Positions 1 to 10,213 of a stretch of DNA of 64,000 nt are shown one piece after another; positions within the stretch are counted from its first letter, which is position 1, and every line of letters begins with the position of its first letter. Where the stretch lies: NCBI GenBank assembly GCA_965116765.1, contig OZ220718.1:3904848-3968847 (forward strand), in the 5' to 3' direction. The position numbers were made by a program, and so were the translations under genes. This stretch comes from Vicinamibacterales bacterium. GTDB lineage: Bacteria; Acidobacteriota; Vicinamibacteria; Vicinamibacterales; UBA8438. Below the pieces are notes generated by a model that made no database searches, was not told where the DNA came from, and saw nothing but the letters and a program-made list of their open reading frames with translations.

Positions 1-1527
1 GACGACGCGGATGGGGCCGACGACCTCGACCGGGGCCTCGAGCGGCCCGGTCTGGAAGACGACCACGTCGGGCCGCGTCTTGAGCGGCAGGTACGGGGGC
101 CGCGAGCCGTAGAAGCCGTTCTCCGAGCCGCCGCCGAGGCGCCTGAACTCGCGCTCGCGCTGGTCGTAGGCGCCGCGCTTCAGCACCCCCGAGAACGACC
201 CGCCGATGGTCGGCACCGGGTGCTCGGGGTCGTAGGTGTAGGTGGTCGGCGGCGCCTCGGCGGGCGGGCGTGGGCTCAGGGCGCCGTCGGCGTGGAAGTA
301 GTACGGCGTGGGCTCGGCCTCGGGCAGGGGCCAGGCCGGGGCGTCGCGCCAGTAGCCGCCGTGCACCAGCCGGCCGTCGGCGTCGCGGCGGCCGTCGCCG
401 GTGCCCATGACGAAGAGGCGGATGGGCGGCCAGTCGTCGACCGCGGTGGGCGTCTGCTTGAGGTGGCGGTCGAACCACTGCCGGTGGAACCCGGTCGCGA
501 AGTCGGGGATCGCCGCGTCGGGGCCGAACTCGACGTCGCCCGCGTAGGACCGCGTGTTGGCGCCGTGGGTCCAGGGACCGACGAGCAGATGGATGGGCGA
601 GGTCTTGGCCCGCGTCAGGCCGAGGAAGTTCTCGAACATGCTGCCGACGTAGGGGTCGTACCAGCCGGCGACGTGCAGCATGGGGACGTCGGCGGTGCGG
701 CCGTAGTAGGCGCTCCAGTTGACGCCGAGGCGCGTCCAGTGCCGGACGTCGGCGTTCGGCCGGTCGTGGTCGGCGCGGGTGAGCTGGTCGAGCACGTAGT
801 CCTCGAACTCGGGCGCCGCCGCGAGCGGGCTGAGGCCGCGCCGGAGGGGCATCGCCGCGAACCAGTCGGCCACGCGCTCGGCCTCGAAGGCGGCCCGCAC
901 CACGGGGTCGGGCGACAGGCGGAGCTGGTCGAAGGCCCAGCCGAGCTGCTGCCCCAGCTCGAACGCGCCGTGGTTGCGCACCTTGTGAAGCCAGGGGTCG
1001 GAGATGCCCCCCTGGTTGAGGAGCAGGGCCCCGAGGTTCGGCGGGCTCATCTTGGCCGCGTCGGCCTGGGTGTGGGCCCCGTACGAGGTGCCGAACATGC
1101 CGACGCCGCCGGTGGTGTAGGGCAGGTCGGCGATCCACTCGACGGTGTCGTAGCCGTCCGTGGCGTCGAAGTCGTGGTACTTCGAGAACGAGCCCTCCGA
1201 CTCGTAGCGGCCCCGCGTGTCCTGCAGCACGACGACGTAGCCGTGCCTGACGAAGTAGCCGGCGCGCTCGACGAGCCCGCGCCCCTCCTTGCCGTAGGGG
1301 GTGCGCTGCAGCAGGACCGGGAGCGGGGCGTCGACGGGGACGCCCCCGCGGGCCGGGCGGTAGACGTCGGTGGCGAGGCGGACGCCGTCGCGCATCGGCA
1401 CCATGACGTCGCCGGCGTGCAGCACGACCTCGTAGGGGTCGGGGTCCTGGGCCGGTGCGCCGGCGGCGGTCAGCGCCAGCGCGGCCAGCGCCGGCAGCGC
1501 CGCCGTTCCGAGCGTGCGTGTCTTCAT
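1..1527 (-). CDS. CocE/NonD (S15 X-Pro dipeptidyl-peptidase-like) alpha/beta hydrolase; C-terminus runs off the window start
   Basis: Own minus-strand translation from ATG at 1525-1527 gives MKTRTLGTAALPALAALALTAAGAPAQ (signal peptide), then DGVRLATDVYRP, QRTPYGK and GMFGTSYGA (nucleophile elbow). It is absent from the ORF track because it is open at the window edge. The overlapping + ORF 220..1722 is an Arg/Gly-rich artefact. Confidence 0.8.
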   Translation of the reverse strand, partial: MKTRTLGTAALPALAALALTAAGAPAQDPDPYEVVLHAGDVMVPMRDGVRLATDVYRPARGGVPVDAPLPVLLQRTPYGKEGRGLVERAGYFVRHGYVVVLQDTRGRYESEGSFSKYHDFDATDGYDTVEWIADLPYTTGGVGMFGTSYGAHTQADAAKMSPPNLGALLLNQGGISDPWLHKVRNHGAFELGQQLGWAFDQLRLSPDPVVRAAFEAERVADWFAAMPLRRGLSPLAAAPEFEDYVLDQLTRADHDRPNADVRHWTRLGVNWSAYYGRTADVPMLHVAGWYDPYVGSMFENFLGLTRAKTSPIHLLVGPWTHGANTRSYAGDVEFGPDAAIPDFATGFHRQWFDRHLKQTPTAVDDWPPIRLFVMGTGDGRRDADGRLVHGGYWRDAPAWPLPEAEPTPYYFHADGALSPRPPAEAPPTTYTYDPEHPVPTIGGSFSGVLKRGAYDQREREFRRLGGGSENGFYGSRPPYLPLKTRPDVVVFQTGPLEAPVEVVGPIRVV

Positions 1528-1606
1528 GGTCGTCACCCGTGTCCGCGTGGTCCCGGTGTGGCCGTGTCCGTCCCCCGCGAGGCCCCTTTCGGCCCGGCCC
1601 GCCCGC

Positions 1607-3001
1607 TCACGGCGTGTAGACGCGGCCGTCCTTCACCACCGCGACCACGTGACGCAAGTCCCGCATGGTCAGCAGCGGATTGCCGTCGACCACGATCAGG
1701 TCGGCGAGCTTGCCCCGCGTGACGGTGCCCAGCTCGCCGCCGCGGCCCAGGTACTCGGCGTTGCGGCGGGTGGCCATGGCCAGCACCTCCATCGGCGGGT
1801 AGCCGTACGACACCATCAGGTCCATCTCCTGCCAGAGGGCGTCGGTGTGGAAGTTGAGCGGGGTGCCGCTGTCGGTGCCGACGAGCACGCGCACGCCGGC
1901 GTCGCGCAGCTGGCGCAGCTTCGCCCCCATCTCGGCCATGCGCCGCACCCGCAGGCTGCCGCCGAAGTAGCCGAAGCGGCGCGGGTTCTCGATGCTGCGC
2001 CGGATGTCGGCCCAGATGTCGGGCGGGGTCAGGGCGCGCGCCCGCGGGTTGTCCCGCCAGTCGGGCCACTCGACGGCCCGGCCCTGGATCGCCGTCTGGA
2101 TCATGGTGGGGATGACGTAGGTGCCCTCGTCCACCAGGCCCTGGAGCACCTCGGGCGCGATGACGGGGCTGGCCCCCGCGCCGAGCGACAGGTGCTCGAT
2201 GCCGTCCTGGCCGGTGCGGATGCGCATGAGGAGGTCGTCGCGGGTCCCGACGTGGCCGGTGATGCGGATGCCCGCGGCGTCGGCCTCCTCGCGGATGGCC
2301 CGCAACTGGGCCTCGGTCAGCCCCGTGTGCACCTTGACGATGCCGGCCCCCTGGGCGATGGCGGTCCGGGCCGCGGCGCGCGCCTCGTCGACCGTGCGCA
2401 CGTTGACGGTGTGCGACCGGCGGTGATGCCGGGCCACCTGCCCGTCGGTCCAGTTCGTAATCCACCCCATGCTGGCGATCACGCGCGGCCCCGGCTGCTC
2501 GCCGCTCTCGATGCCCTTCTGAATCTGCCCGAGGGCGTCCGGCTGCCCGGCCAGGTCGACCACGGTGGTGACGCCGCTCATGAGGAGCTGCCGGGTCGAG
2601 ATGGCCATGATCTCGGCGTAGCGGCCGTCGCGGTACCGGCCGTGCCAGTGCTGGTAGTCGGAGTGGCCGAGGATGTCGAGGTGCACGTGGGCGTCGATGA
2701 GGCCGGGCAGGATGGTCATGCCGCGGGCGTCGACGACCTCGGCCCCGTCCGGCACCGTCAGCGCGTCGCGGCTGCCGACGGCGACGATGCGGTCGCCCTC
2801 GACCAGCACCACCGCGCCCGGCAGCGGCGGCCCCTCGTGCCCGTCGATGAGCAGCCCCCCGACGATGGCGAGATCGGCCGCCGCCGGCTGGGGGTCGGGC
2901 TCGCCGTCGAAGGTCTGCGCGCCCGGGACGGCGACGGCGGCCGCGGCCAGCGCCGCCGCGAACAGGAACCGGAGGCGGGTGCGGAAACGGGTCGTGATCA
3001 T
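1607..3001 (-). CDS. amidohydrolase-family metal-dependent hydrolase, secreted
   Basis: Track ORF 1607..3076, trimmed to the internal ATG (MITTRFRTRLRFLFAAALAAAAVA signal). Motifs LPGLIDAHVHL, ITGHV, GTDSG and KLADLIVVDGNPL are typical of the amidohydrolase fold. Confidence 0.85.
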   Translation of the reverse strand: MITTRFRTRLRFLFAAALAAAAVAVPGAQTFDGEPDPQPAAADLAIVGGLLIDGHEGPPLPGAVVLVEGDRIVAVGSRDALTVPDGAEVVDARGMTILPGLIDAHVHLDILGHSDYQHWHGRYRDGRYAEIMAISTRQLLMSGVTTVVDLAGQPDALGQIQKGIESGEQPGPRVIASMGWITNWTDGQVARHHRRSHTVNVRTVDEARAAARTAIAQGAGIVKVHTGLTEAQLRAIREEADAAGIRITGHVGTRDDLLMRIRTGQDGIEHLSLGAGASPVIAPEVLQGLVDEGTYVIPTMIQTAIQGRAVEWPDWRDNPRARALTPPDIWADIRRSIENPRRFGYFGGSLRVRRMAEMGAKLRQLRDAGVRVLVGTDSGTPLNFHTDALWQEMDLMVSYGYPPMEVLAMATRRNAEYLGRGGELGTVTRGKLADLIVVDGNPLLTMRDLRHVVAVVKDGRVYTP

Positions 3002-3040
3002 CGGATCGCTCCTGGCCGGCCAAGCGTCGCCGAACGCGAT

Positions 3041-3117
3041 CGCCATGTCGCGCTGCGGCCTCCGCCTGGCGCCCAACCCTCCAGGGGTCCGCGCCGCTCT
3101 ACCGCGCAGACTCCCGG
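3041..3117 (-). repeat. copy of the dispersed ~80-bp structured intergenic repeat (reverse orientation)
   Basis: CGCCATGTCGCGCTGCGGCCTCCGCCTGGCGCCCAACC...CGCGCAGACTCCCGG aligns by eye to the reverse complement of the 57.45 kb unit. Confidence 0.6.
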
Positions 3118-3399
3118 CTGACTTCGGCGTGCCTGAGAAGATACCACCGCGCCGGCCGGCTTGGCGGTCATTCGCCGCCGACCGGCCGCATCCGCGAGCG
3201 GGCCCGGGGGCCGCGAGGGGACGGCGGCCGTCCCGGCTCCCGTGGCGTCAGGAACGGGAACGGGTGTATAAGTGGTCCGATCCAGGCAGCCGGCCGGGGC
3301 AAGGAATCCGGGACCGGAGCCTCCGCCGGCCGGCAAGAGCGGTCGCGGCGGCGGCAGGGAACGCGCCGTCCGGGGAGGCGCCGCGGGAGGAGATTGAAC

Positions 3400-3966
3400 A
3401 TGAGCGCAAAGTCACGGGCCGCCGGCCTGTCGTCGAAGTCCGTCCGGCAGATCGTCCTGGGCGTCGCGATTGCCCTGGGGGTGGTCGTCGTCGCCGGGGG
3501 GGTCGTGTGGACCGTGAACTGCCCCTGCGAGACCACCCCGGGCTTCGTGCTGCTGGGTGACGCCCACGAGGAGCCGGTCGACGACTGGAGCTTCGCGAAC
3601 GACGTCTCGCTGTGCGCGATCCAGATCGGCATCTGGGGGAGGCCCCATTCGGTGAACGTCAACTGCATGGCGACGCCGGAGGGCGAGCTCTTCATCAGCT
3701 GCTCGGTCGGCGACCAGAAGTACTGGTGCCCGCGGGTGGGCGAGGACCACCCGGGCCGCCTCCGGCTCGACGGCGTCGTCTACCCCGTCGTCCTGAACCG
3801 CGAGATGGACCCGGCCATGCTCGACCACGTCTGGGCCTCGCGAATCCGCAAGCTGCAGAAGCCCGCGGTGCAGGCGCGGCAGCCGGGCGGCGGCGGCGAG
3901 CCGCCTCCGCTCGACACGCCTCGACCCGAGAGCTGGTGGACGTTCCGCGTCGAGTCGCGAGGGTAG
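3400..3966 (+). CDS. membrane-anchored hypothetical protein (paralog of 10657..11163)
   Basis: GGGAGGAG lies 7 nt upstream of ATG 3400. There is an N-terminal TM helix (IVLGVAIALGVVVVAGGVVW) and coding-like composition. Shared pattern with 10657..11163: PG.V..G...DW..ND...YW..RV...G.LRL.G..Y. Confidence 0.65.
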   Translation: MSAKSRAAGLSSKSVRQIVLGVAIALGVVVVAGGVVWTVNCPCETTPGFVLLGDAHEEPVDDWSFANDVSLCAIQIGIWGRPHSVNVNCMATPEGELFISCSVGDQKYWCPRVGEDHPGRLRLDGVVYPVVLNREMDPAMLDHVWASRIRKLQKPAVQARQPGGGGEPPPLDTPRPESWWTFRVESRG

Positions 3967-4095
3967 CGCGCACGCAGAGGAAGTCGAGCGATGGAGTGGG
4001 TGCGGCCCGATACGCCGAGGGAGCTACGGGAGGGCCTTGCGTTTCTGCGGCTCTCTCTGCGGTCCGCGTACCAGCTTCATGGCGCTCAGCGATCC

Positions 4096-5517
4096 ATGGG
4101 CATGCGCATGACTCGATCGACAAGCAGGAACCGTGCCCGGCGGCGCGCCGTGGGGCTGGTGGTGCTCGCGCTCCTGACGGGCATCCCGCGGGGTGCGGAC
4201 GGCCAACCGCCGGATCCCACCGCCTCGACCCCGGCGCTCCGCGTGTTCACCGGTGCGCGCGTGATCGTCGGGGACGGCCGCGTCATCGACGAGGCCGCGT
4301 TCCTCGTCCGCGGCGGCGTGATCGTTCGCGTCGGCAGCGCCGGCGAGGTGACGGCGCCGCCCGACGCGCCGGTCGTCGACCTGTCCGGGCGCACGGTGAT
4401 GCCGGCCCTCGTCAACACCCACGCGCACCTCGGCTGGGAGGCGTACTCGAGCTGGGGCTCGGAGAACTTCACGCGCGAGAACCTCGTCGACCACCTGCAC
4501 CGCCACGCCTGGTACGGCGTCGGCACCGTCATCTCGACCGGCAGCGACCTCGAGGAGATCGCCCTCGAGGTGCGGCTGGCGCAGCGGGTGGGCGAGGTCG
4601 GCGGCGCGCGCTACCTGGTGTCGCCGGGGGTCGGGACGCCCGGCGGCGGGCCCAACCCCCGGTTCACGGACGACGCGGGATGGTGGGGGCTGCACGCGGT
4701 CACGACCCCCGCAGAGGCGCGCGAGGTGGTGCGGGCGGAGGCCGCGCGCGGCATCGGCATCCTGAAGATCTGGGTGGACTCGCGCGACGAGCGGCGGGGC
4801 GCGCGGGTGAAGCTCCATCCCGACATCTACGCGGCCGCCCTCGACGAGGCCCGGGTGCAGGACGTCCGGGTCATTGCGCACGCGACCACCCTGGAGGACC
4901 ACAAGCGGCTGCTCCGGGCCGGCAACCGGCGCTTCATCCACATGCCCTACGACACGCCGGTCGACGACGAGTATCTCGAGCTCGTCGCGGCGCGCAACGC
5001 CTTCATCGTGCCGACCATCGGCATGGTCACCCGGCGCGAGCCGTTCCGCCGGCCGGTGTACGAGGACCCCTTCTTCCAGGAGCAGGTGCCCGACGAGGTC
5101 GTCGCGATGCTGCGGGACGCCGCGGCCGGCGACGACGCCGCCCCGCGCACCGCCGCGGACGAGGCGCGGGCCCGGGTCATCCGGAACAACTTCATGCGGC
5201 TGCGCGACCACGTCATCCTCGGTACCGACGCCGGCGCCGTGGGCGACTTCTTCGGCTACGCCGATCACCTGGAGCTGGAGCTCTTCGTGCGGCTGGGGAT
5301 GACGCCGGCCGAGGCCATCGTGGCCGCCACGTCGCGGGCGGCGCGGGCGTTCGGGCTGACCGGGACCGGGAGCATCGAGGCGGGACGGAACGCCGACTTC
5401 GTGGTGCTCGAGGCCGACCCGCTCGACGACATCATGAACACGCGGCAGATCGCCGCCGTGTATCTTCGGGGCGTCGAGATCGACCGCGCGGCCCTGCGCG
5501 CACGCTGGACGAACTGA
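4096..5517 (+). CDS. amidohydrolase-family hydrolase, secreted
   Basis: Track ORF 3991..5517, trimmed to MGMRMTRSTSRNRARRRAVGLVVLALL. Motifs MPALVNTHAHLGWE, RVIAHA, GTDAG and GRNADFVVLEADPL. Confidence 0.85.
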   Translation: MGMRMTRSTSRNRARRRAVGLVVLALLTGIPRGADGQPPDPTASTPALRVFTGARVIVGDGRVIDEAAFLVRGGVIVRVGSAGEVTAPPDAPVVDLSGRTVMPALVNTHAHLGWEAYSSWGSENFTRENLVDHLHRHAWYGVGTVISTGSDLEEIALEVRLAQRVGEVGGARYLVSPGVGTPGGGPNPRFTDDAGWWGLHAVTTPAEAREVVRAEAARGIGILKIWVDSRDERRGARVKLHPDIYAAALDEARVQDVRVIAHATTLEDHKRLLRAGNRRFIHMPYDTPVDDEYLELVAARNAFIVPTIGMVTRREPFRRPVYEDPFFQEQVPDEVVAMLRDAAAGDDAAPRTAADEARARVIRNNFMRLRDHVILGTDAGAVGDFFGYADHLELELFVRLGMTPAEAIVAATSRAARAFGLTGTGSIEAGRNADFVVLEADPLDDIMNTRQIAAVYLRGVEIDRAALRARWTN

Positions 5518-5852
5518 TCACGGGGAACGGTCGGGTCGGCCGACTCCGGTTTCCGGCTCGACGCCCTACCCCCGGCCCGGGGTCGGGGTGCCGCTCGTCC
5601 CGCCGGTAACCCGGCAGAATCCCGCCATCGCGGCCCGCGGCGGGGCGCGGGACGCCGCCGGCAGGCGGGATTGTGGGTTCCGGCGACTCGTGCTACCGTT
5701 TGCGCCGGGCGTCCGCCGGAGGCGCTCGAGGTCACCGGGCGCAGTGAAGCGACGAATCGCACGAAGGGCGCGGCCCTCGCGCTCGGCGGCCTTCGTGCTC
5801 GGGCCGGTACCGCAACCGCCGGCTCATCGGTCTATCGAGGAGGAACGACGAC

Positions 5853-6512
5853 ATGAAGTACCGACTGCCCGTTCTGTTCACTTTGGCTGCCGCAGTCGTG
5901 ATGGTCCCGATCGGTGCGGACGCGCACTTCCAACTGCTGGAGCCGGCGCCCTGGATCGTCCTGGACCGCCTCGGCAATCCCCAGAAGGTCGGCCCCTGCG
6001 GCGGAAACCCGAACGGCGACAACGCCGAGATTCTGTCCGGCATCGTCACCGAGGTCACCGGCGGGTCCAAGCTGCACCTGAAGATCCAGGAGACGGTCTT
6101 CCACTCGGGTCACTACCGCGTCGCGCTCTCGGTGAACTCGCGCAACGAGCTGCCGGCGGATACGACCGCGGTCGAGAAGTGGACGGACCGGGGCCTCTAT
6201 TCCGTCTGGGGCGTGATCCAGAGCCCGCCGCAGATCCCCGTTCTCGCCGACGGCCTGTTCCCGCATTATCCCGTGGGGGACCAGCGCGCCTCGTTCCGGC
6301 CCGAGACCCCGATGGACCCCTGGGAGGCCGACATCGACATCCCGAACATCAACTGCGAGAAGTGCACGCTGCAGGTCATCCAGTTCATGGCCGATCACGT
6401 GTACAACACGCCGGGCGGCTATTCCTACCATCACTGCGCCGACCTGAGGATCACCGCCGACCCGTCGAAGCCGATCGATGACCGCTGGCCGGCGTCGCAG
6501 ATGACCAACTGA
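5853..6512 (+). CDS. secreted LPMO-like (histidine-brace) protein, SCE4755-like family by recollection
   Basis: AGGAGG RBS before ATG 5853. Signal peptide MKYRLPVLFTLAAAVVMVPIGADA is followed directly by His (HFQLLEP), so His would be mature residue 1. Later His pairs (HSGHY, YHHC) and paired cysteines are present. Confidence 0.7.
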   Translation: MKYRLPVLFTLAAAVVMVPIGADAHFQLLEPAPWIVLDRLGNPQKVGPCGGNPNGDNAEILSGIVTEVTGGSKLHLKIQETVFHSGHYRVALSVNSRNELPADTTAVEKWTDRGLYSVWGVIQSPPQIPVLADGLFPHYPVGDQRASFRPETPMDPWEADIDIPNINCEKCTLQVIQFMADHVYNTPGGYSYHHCADLRITADPSKPIDDRWPASQMTN

Positions 6513-6806
6513 GTCGGCGACCGCCGACCCGAGGCCGGCCACGCCCGTGCGTGGCCGCCTCGACACATGACCCCGGGGCCGCCGGCAATTGCGGCCCCGG
6601 TCGCGTCGTCCTTCTGAACACGACCCGGGCAACAGCTCGCCGGCCCGCGGCCGGGCGAACGCGCCGTCCCCTCCCCCCGGACGAGCCCTGACCCGCGCCT
6701 ATCGCGATGTTGTTCAGCGAATCGGGCGCCGAACCGCGCGGCCTGGAAGCACGACCGAATGGGCGTCTCTTCTCTCCCCCGCCGCCGCAGGCGCCGAACC
6801 GGAGAG

Positions 6807-6880
6807 CGTCGCCCGGGGCTCCGCTCGCCGCCCGACCACCTGCCAGGAGTCGGCGCCGCTCTACGACGCGGACTGCTGGC
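6807..6880 (-). repeat. copy of the dispersed structured repeat (reverse orientation)
   Basis: CGTCGCCCGGGGCTCCGCTCGCCGCCCGACCACCTGCCAGGAGTCGGCGCCGCTCTACGACGCGGACTGC aligns to the reverse complement of the 57.45 kb unit. Confidence 0.55.
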
Positions 6881-6903
6881 CCGGTATCACGTGAGGAGCA
6901 CGC

Positions 6904-7300
6904 CATGAAGCTGGCGCTGAGCACGACGCTGCTGATGCTGAGCCTGGGCGCGACGGCCGCGGGCCAGACCGCCGGGGACCGCGGGGCGGAGGCCGAGCCG
7001 GTGGTGTTCCGCTGGGTGGGCACCACCGCGCACGCCTGGGGAGCCTGGGTCACGCCGGGGGCCGCGGTCGACGACTGGGTCGACGAGGCCGTGGCGCTCT
7101 GCGCCGGAGAGGACCTCTGCGAGATCAACGTGTTCGAGGGGCCGGAGCACGCGACGCACGAGATTCCGGTGCCCGAGGCGAACCGGGCGGGCCTGAAGTG
7201 GGTGCTGCGCTACCGGCACGCCGAGACGCCTCGCGTCGTGGTCGAAGAGGTTCGGGCGGAGCCGGGACGCGAGCCCCGCACATGGACCTTCGATCGGTGA
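6904..7300 (+). CDS. small secreted hypothetical protein
   Basis: GAGGAG lies 6 nt before ATG 6904. Signal peptide MKLALSTTLLMLSLGATAAG and non-biased composition afterwards. The upstream part of track ORF 6707..7300 is Pro/Arg-rich junk. Confidence 0.6.
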
Positions 7301-7582
7301 GGACGGGGCCCCGGGGAGGCCTTCCCTGTCGTCCGGCCCCGTGCTGCGTCACAGCTGCCGATCCGTCTCGATCCACCGGGCCTGCGAGTCGGTCGCCCTC
7401 CCTGCCCCATGCGGGGGCGGCCAATCGCCACCACGGCCAGGGCCCCCACGGAGGAATGGCGCTCTGCCCCACGCGGGCGCGTCCATCGCGGTCGAGAGCC
7501 TGCTCCCCTGATTCCCGGCCCGTGCGCCCATGCCGCTGCCGCCGCAACGCGACCCTCCGGGGCCTCGCGGTATGATGGGTCC

Positions 7583-7930
7583 ATGCGCCGTCTGGTGATG
7601 GTCGCGACGGTCGTCGCGCTCTGCGGCTCGCTGCCGACGGCGCTCGAGCCCGTGCCGGCGGCGGACCTGGCCGGGCGGCAGGCAGCGGACGTCGGTTCGG
7701 CGCCCGCGACGTCCGACGACCACTCCAGCACCAGCACCGATCCGCCGGCGCCCGCCAGCCGCGCCTGGCGGGCGGTCCTCGTGGACGGCGCGCAGGCCGG
7801 CGGCGCGCTCCGGGCGGCTGCGCGCATCCACCCGGCGCGGCCGCGGCCCGTCTCGTCCGAGCCCTCGCGCTACCCGGACCCCCGTTCCCGCCAGCACATC
7901 TCCCCGCTGACCGTCAGTCTCCGGATCTAG
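7583..7930 (+). CDS. hypothetical lipoprotein-like protein (weak)
   Basis: ATG 7583 follows TATGAT by 6 nt. MRRLVMVATVVALCGS resembles a lipobox. The remainder is low-complexity Ala/Pro/Ser. Confidence 0.3.
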   Translation: MRRLVMVATVVALCGSLPTALEPVPAADLAGRQAADVGSAPATSDDHSSTSTDPPAPASRAWRAVLVDGAQAGGALRAAARIHPARPRPVSSEPSRYPDPRSRQHISPLTVSLRI

Positions 7931-8164
7931 CTGCTCGACGGGGTTTCGCCAACCAGCCGCGAGCTCGGGGGGCCCGTGCGCCCACGTCGCCCCGTGGCCG
8001 CGCCATGCGGGCGGCCGGGCGGGGAACGCCTCTCCGGTCCGCCGTCTCGACAGGCTTCGTTGCGAACCCCACCCCCACGCCTGAAGACGACCACCGGGCC
8101 GCGCGCGAATGCGCGATCCGGCTGGTCCGGCACGTCCGGCGGGAGCAGAAGACAGGGGACAGCG

Positions 8165-9721
8165 ATGAAGAAGCAGCTTCGATGGCGGATGCTGGCGGTG
8201 CTGGTCGTGGTGAGCGTCGCGGCGGGCGTGCTATGGCCCCCGGGTGAGACCATACGGCTCGGTCTGGACCTGCGCGGCGGGGTCCACCTCGTCCTGCGGG
8301 TCCACACCGACGAGGGTTTGCAGGTCGAGGCGGAAGTGGAGGCTCGGCGGCTGAGCGAGCGGGCCGGGCTCGACGGCATCGCGCTCGGATCGATCCGGGT
8401 CGCCTCGCCGACGGAGATCCTGGTCGACGGCGTGCCCCCCGACCGCGACGCCGAGCTCCGCCGCCTGGCCGACGACCAGCTCGCCGGCTACGACCGGGTC
8501 TCGGCCGCGGGCGGCACCCACCGCTATCGGCTGCGGGCGGACGTCGCGCAGGCCCGCCGGGACGAGACGGTCCGCCAGGCGCGCCTGACCATCGCACGCC
8601 GGGTCGAGGCGTTCGGGGTCACCGAGCCGGTCATCGCGCGGCACGGCGCCGCGGGCGACCAGATACTGGTCCAGTTGCCGGGGGTGGAGGACGTCGCGGG
8701 CGCGAAGGCGGTCATCCGCTCGACCGGGGTCCTCGAGCTCAACCTCATCGAGGCGGGGCCGGCGCCGTCCCGGGCCCGTCTCCTCGAGCCGACCCGGGGG
8801 GTGCCGCGATCCGGGCTCGAGGTCGTGCCGGGGGACGCCCCGACCGGCGACGGGCCCGACGTCTTCTACCTCGTGCCCCGGGCCGCGCCGATCTCCGGCC
8901 GCGATCTGCGACACGCCCGGGCGACGGTCGACGAGCTCAACCGGCCGGCCATCGGGTTCTCCCTGAACCGCGACGGCGCGCGGGCCTTCGCGGCCCTCAC
9001 CCGGGCGAACGTCGGCCGCGACCTCGCCATCGTCCTCGACGGCCGCGTGCAGTCGGTCGCCGTCATCGAGGAGCCGATCACCGGCGGCGAGGGGCGGATA
9101 CGCGGCGACTTCACCTCGCAGGAGGCGTCCGACCTCGCCCTGATCCTGCGGTCGGGGGCCCTGCCGGCCTCGCTCGACTACCTCGAGGAGCGCACCATCG
9201 GCGCGAGCCTGGGGGCCGACTCGATCCGCGCCGGGCTCGCCGCGTCGATGGCCGGCCTGATGGCGGTGGCCGTCTTCATGCTGCTCTACTACCGCGCCTC
9301 GGGCGTCAACGCGGTGGTGGCGGTGGCCCTCAACCTGCTGATCCTGCTCGCGGGCGTCGCCGCCGCCGGCGCCGAGCTGACGCTGCCGGGCATCGCCGGG
9401 CTGATTCTGACGATCGGCATCGGCGTCGATTCGAACGTCCTCATCTTCGAGCGCATCAAGGAAGAGCTGCCGACCGCCAAGGGGGCGCGGGCCGCCGTGG
9501 CGGCCGGGTTCGACCGGGTGTTCGTGACCATTCTCGACACGCACGTCGCGTCGCTGATCGCTGCCGCCTTCCTGTACCAGTTCGGGTCGGGGCCGATCCA
9601 GGGCTTCGCGACGACGCTGTTCTTCGGGCTGGTCTCGAACGTGTTCACGGCGGTGTTCGTGTCGCGCACGCTGTTCGGTCTCGTCCTGGCGCGGAAGCAG
9701 GGGTCGACCCTGAGCATCTGA
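8165..9721 (+). CDS. secD: protein translocase subunit SecD
   Basis: MKKQLRWRMLAVLVVVSVAAG, LGLDLRGGVHLVL, a periplasmic domain and six C-terminal TM segments (GIAGLILTIGIGVDSNVLIFERIKEE). Confidence 0.9.
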   Translation: MKKQLRWRMLAVLVVVSVAAGVLWPPGETIRLGLDLRGGVHLVLRVHTDEGLQVEAEVEARRLSERAGLDGIALGSIRVASPTEILVDGVPPDRDAELRRLADDQLAGYDRVSAAGGTHRYRLRADVAQARRDETVRQARLTIARRVEAFGVTEPVIARHGAAGDQILVQLPGVEDVAGAKAVIRSTGVLELNLIEAGPAPSRARLLEPTRGVPRSGLEVVPGDAPTGDGPDVFYLVPRAAPISGRDLRHARATVDELNRPAIGFSLNRDGARAFAALTRANVGRDLAIVLDGRVQSVAVIEEPITGGEGRIRGDFTSQEASDLALILRSGALPASLDYLEERTIGASLGADSIRAGLAASMAGLMAVAVFMLLYYRASGVNAVVAVALNLLILLAGVAAAGAELTLPGIAGLILTIGIGVDSNVLIFERIKEELPTAKGARAAVAAGFDRVFVTILDTHVASLIAAAFLYQFGSGPIQGFATTLFFGLVSNVFTAVFVSRTLFGLVLARKQGSTLSI

Positions 9722-9856
9722 CCCGTGGCGACGAAGAGGGAGCTCCGATGGTGACGTGACCTCGAACGCCCCGCGGCGCATGGGGCACGAAACCGCAAGT
9801 GGCGGCAAAGAGGAGCTTCTCGCGTGACGCGACCGCGCGGGCCGGCTCGTGGCCGG

Positions 9857-10213
9857 TCACTTCCGACGGCCTGTCCGCGGCCGCCGGGCTCTTGCGTTCT
9901 TCTCGAGGCGGAGCTTCCACGCGGTGCGGAGCGCGCCGGCCAGGGTCTCCTCGTCGGCCGCTTCCAGGCGGACGTGCGTCATGCCCATGCGTCCCCAGCC
10001 GCCGGCGATGGGCACGAAGACCTCGGGCGCATCGCCGACGAACATCGCCTGCACCTCGGGCGTGAGCATGAGATTGCCGCAGCCCTGCGCCTCGTGGGCG
10101 AGGGTGGCGAAGATGCGGCCGCCGACGCGGAAGTCGGGCGCGCCCATGTGCGAGCGCTCCTCCGCCCCGTCGAGGCCGAGCGCGAGCCGGCGGAAGTCGT
10201 CGGCGGTCGCCAT
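9857..10213 (-). CDS. MmcQ/YjbR-family DNA-binding protein
   Basis: C-terminal 118 aa of track ORF 9857..10555: MATADDFRRLALGLDGAEERSHMGAPDFRVGGRIFATL...WGRMGMTHVRL, the typical YjbR pattern. The upstream part of that ORF is junk. Confidence 0.7.
   Translation of the reverse strand: MATADDFRRLALGLDGAEERSHMGAPDFRVGGRIFATLAHEAQGCGNLMLTPEVQAMFVGDAPEVFVPIAGGWGRMGMTHVRLEAADEETLAGALRTAWKLRLEKNARARRPRTGRRK

Noticed and set aside
7571-7576. TATGAT and TATAGT boxes (7571, 38214, 51456) as promoters
   Set aside because: They are plausible -10 elements close to start codons, but no matching -35 hexamers were seen and the sigma-70 consensus for this lineage is unknown. They are not reported as features.
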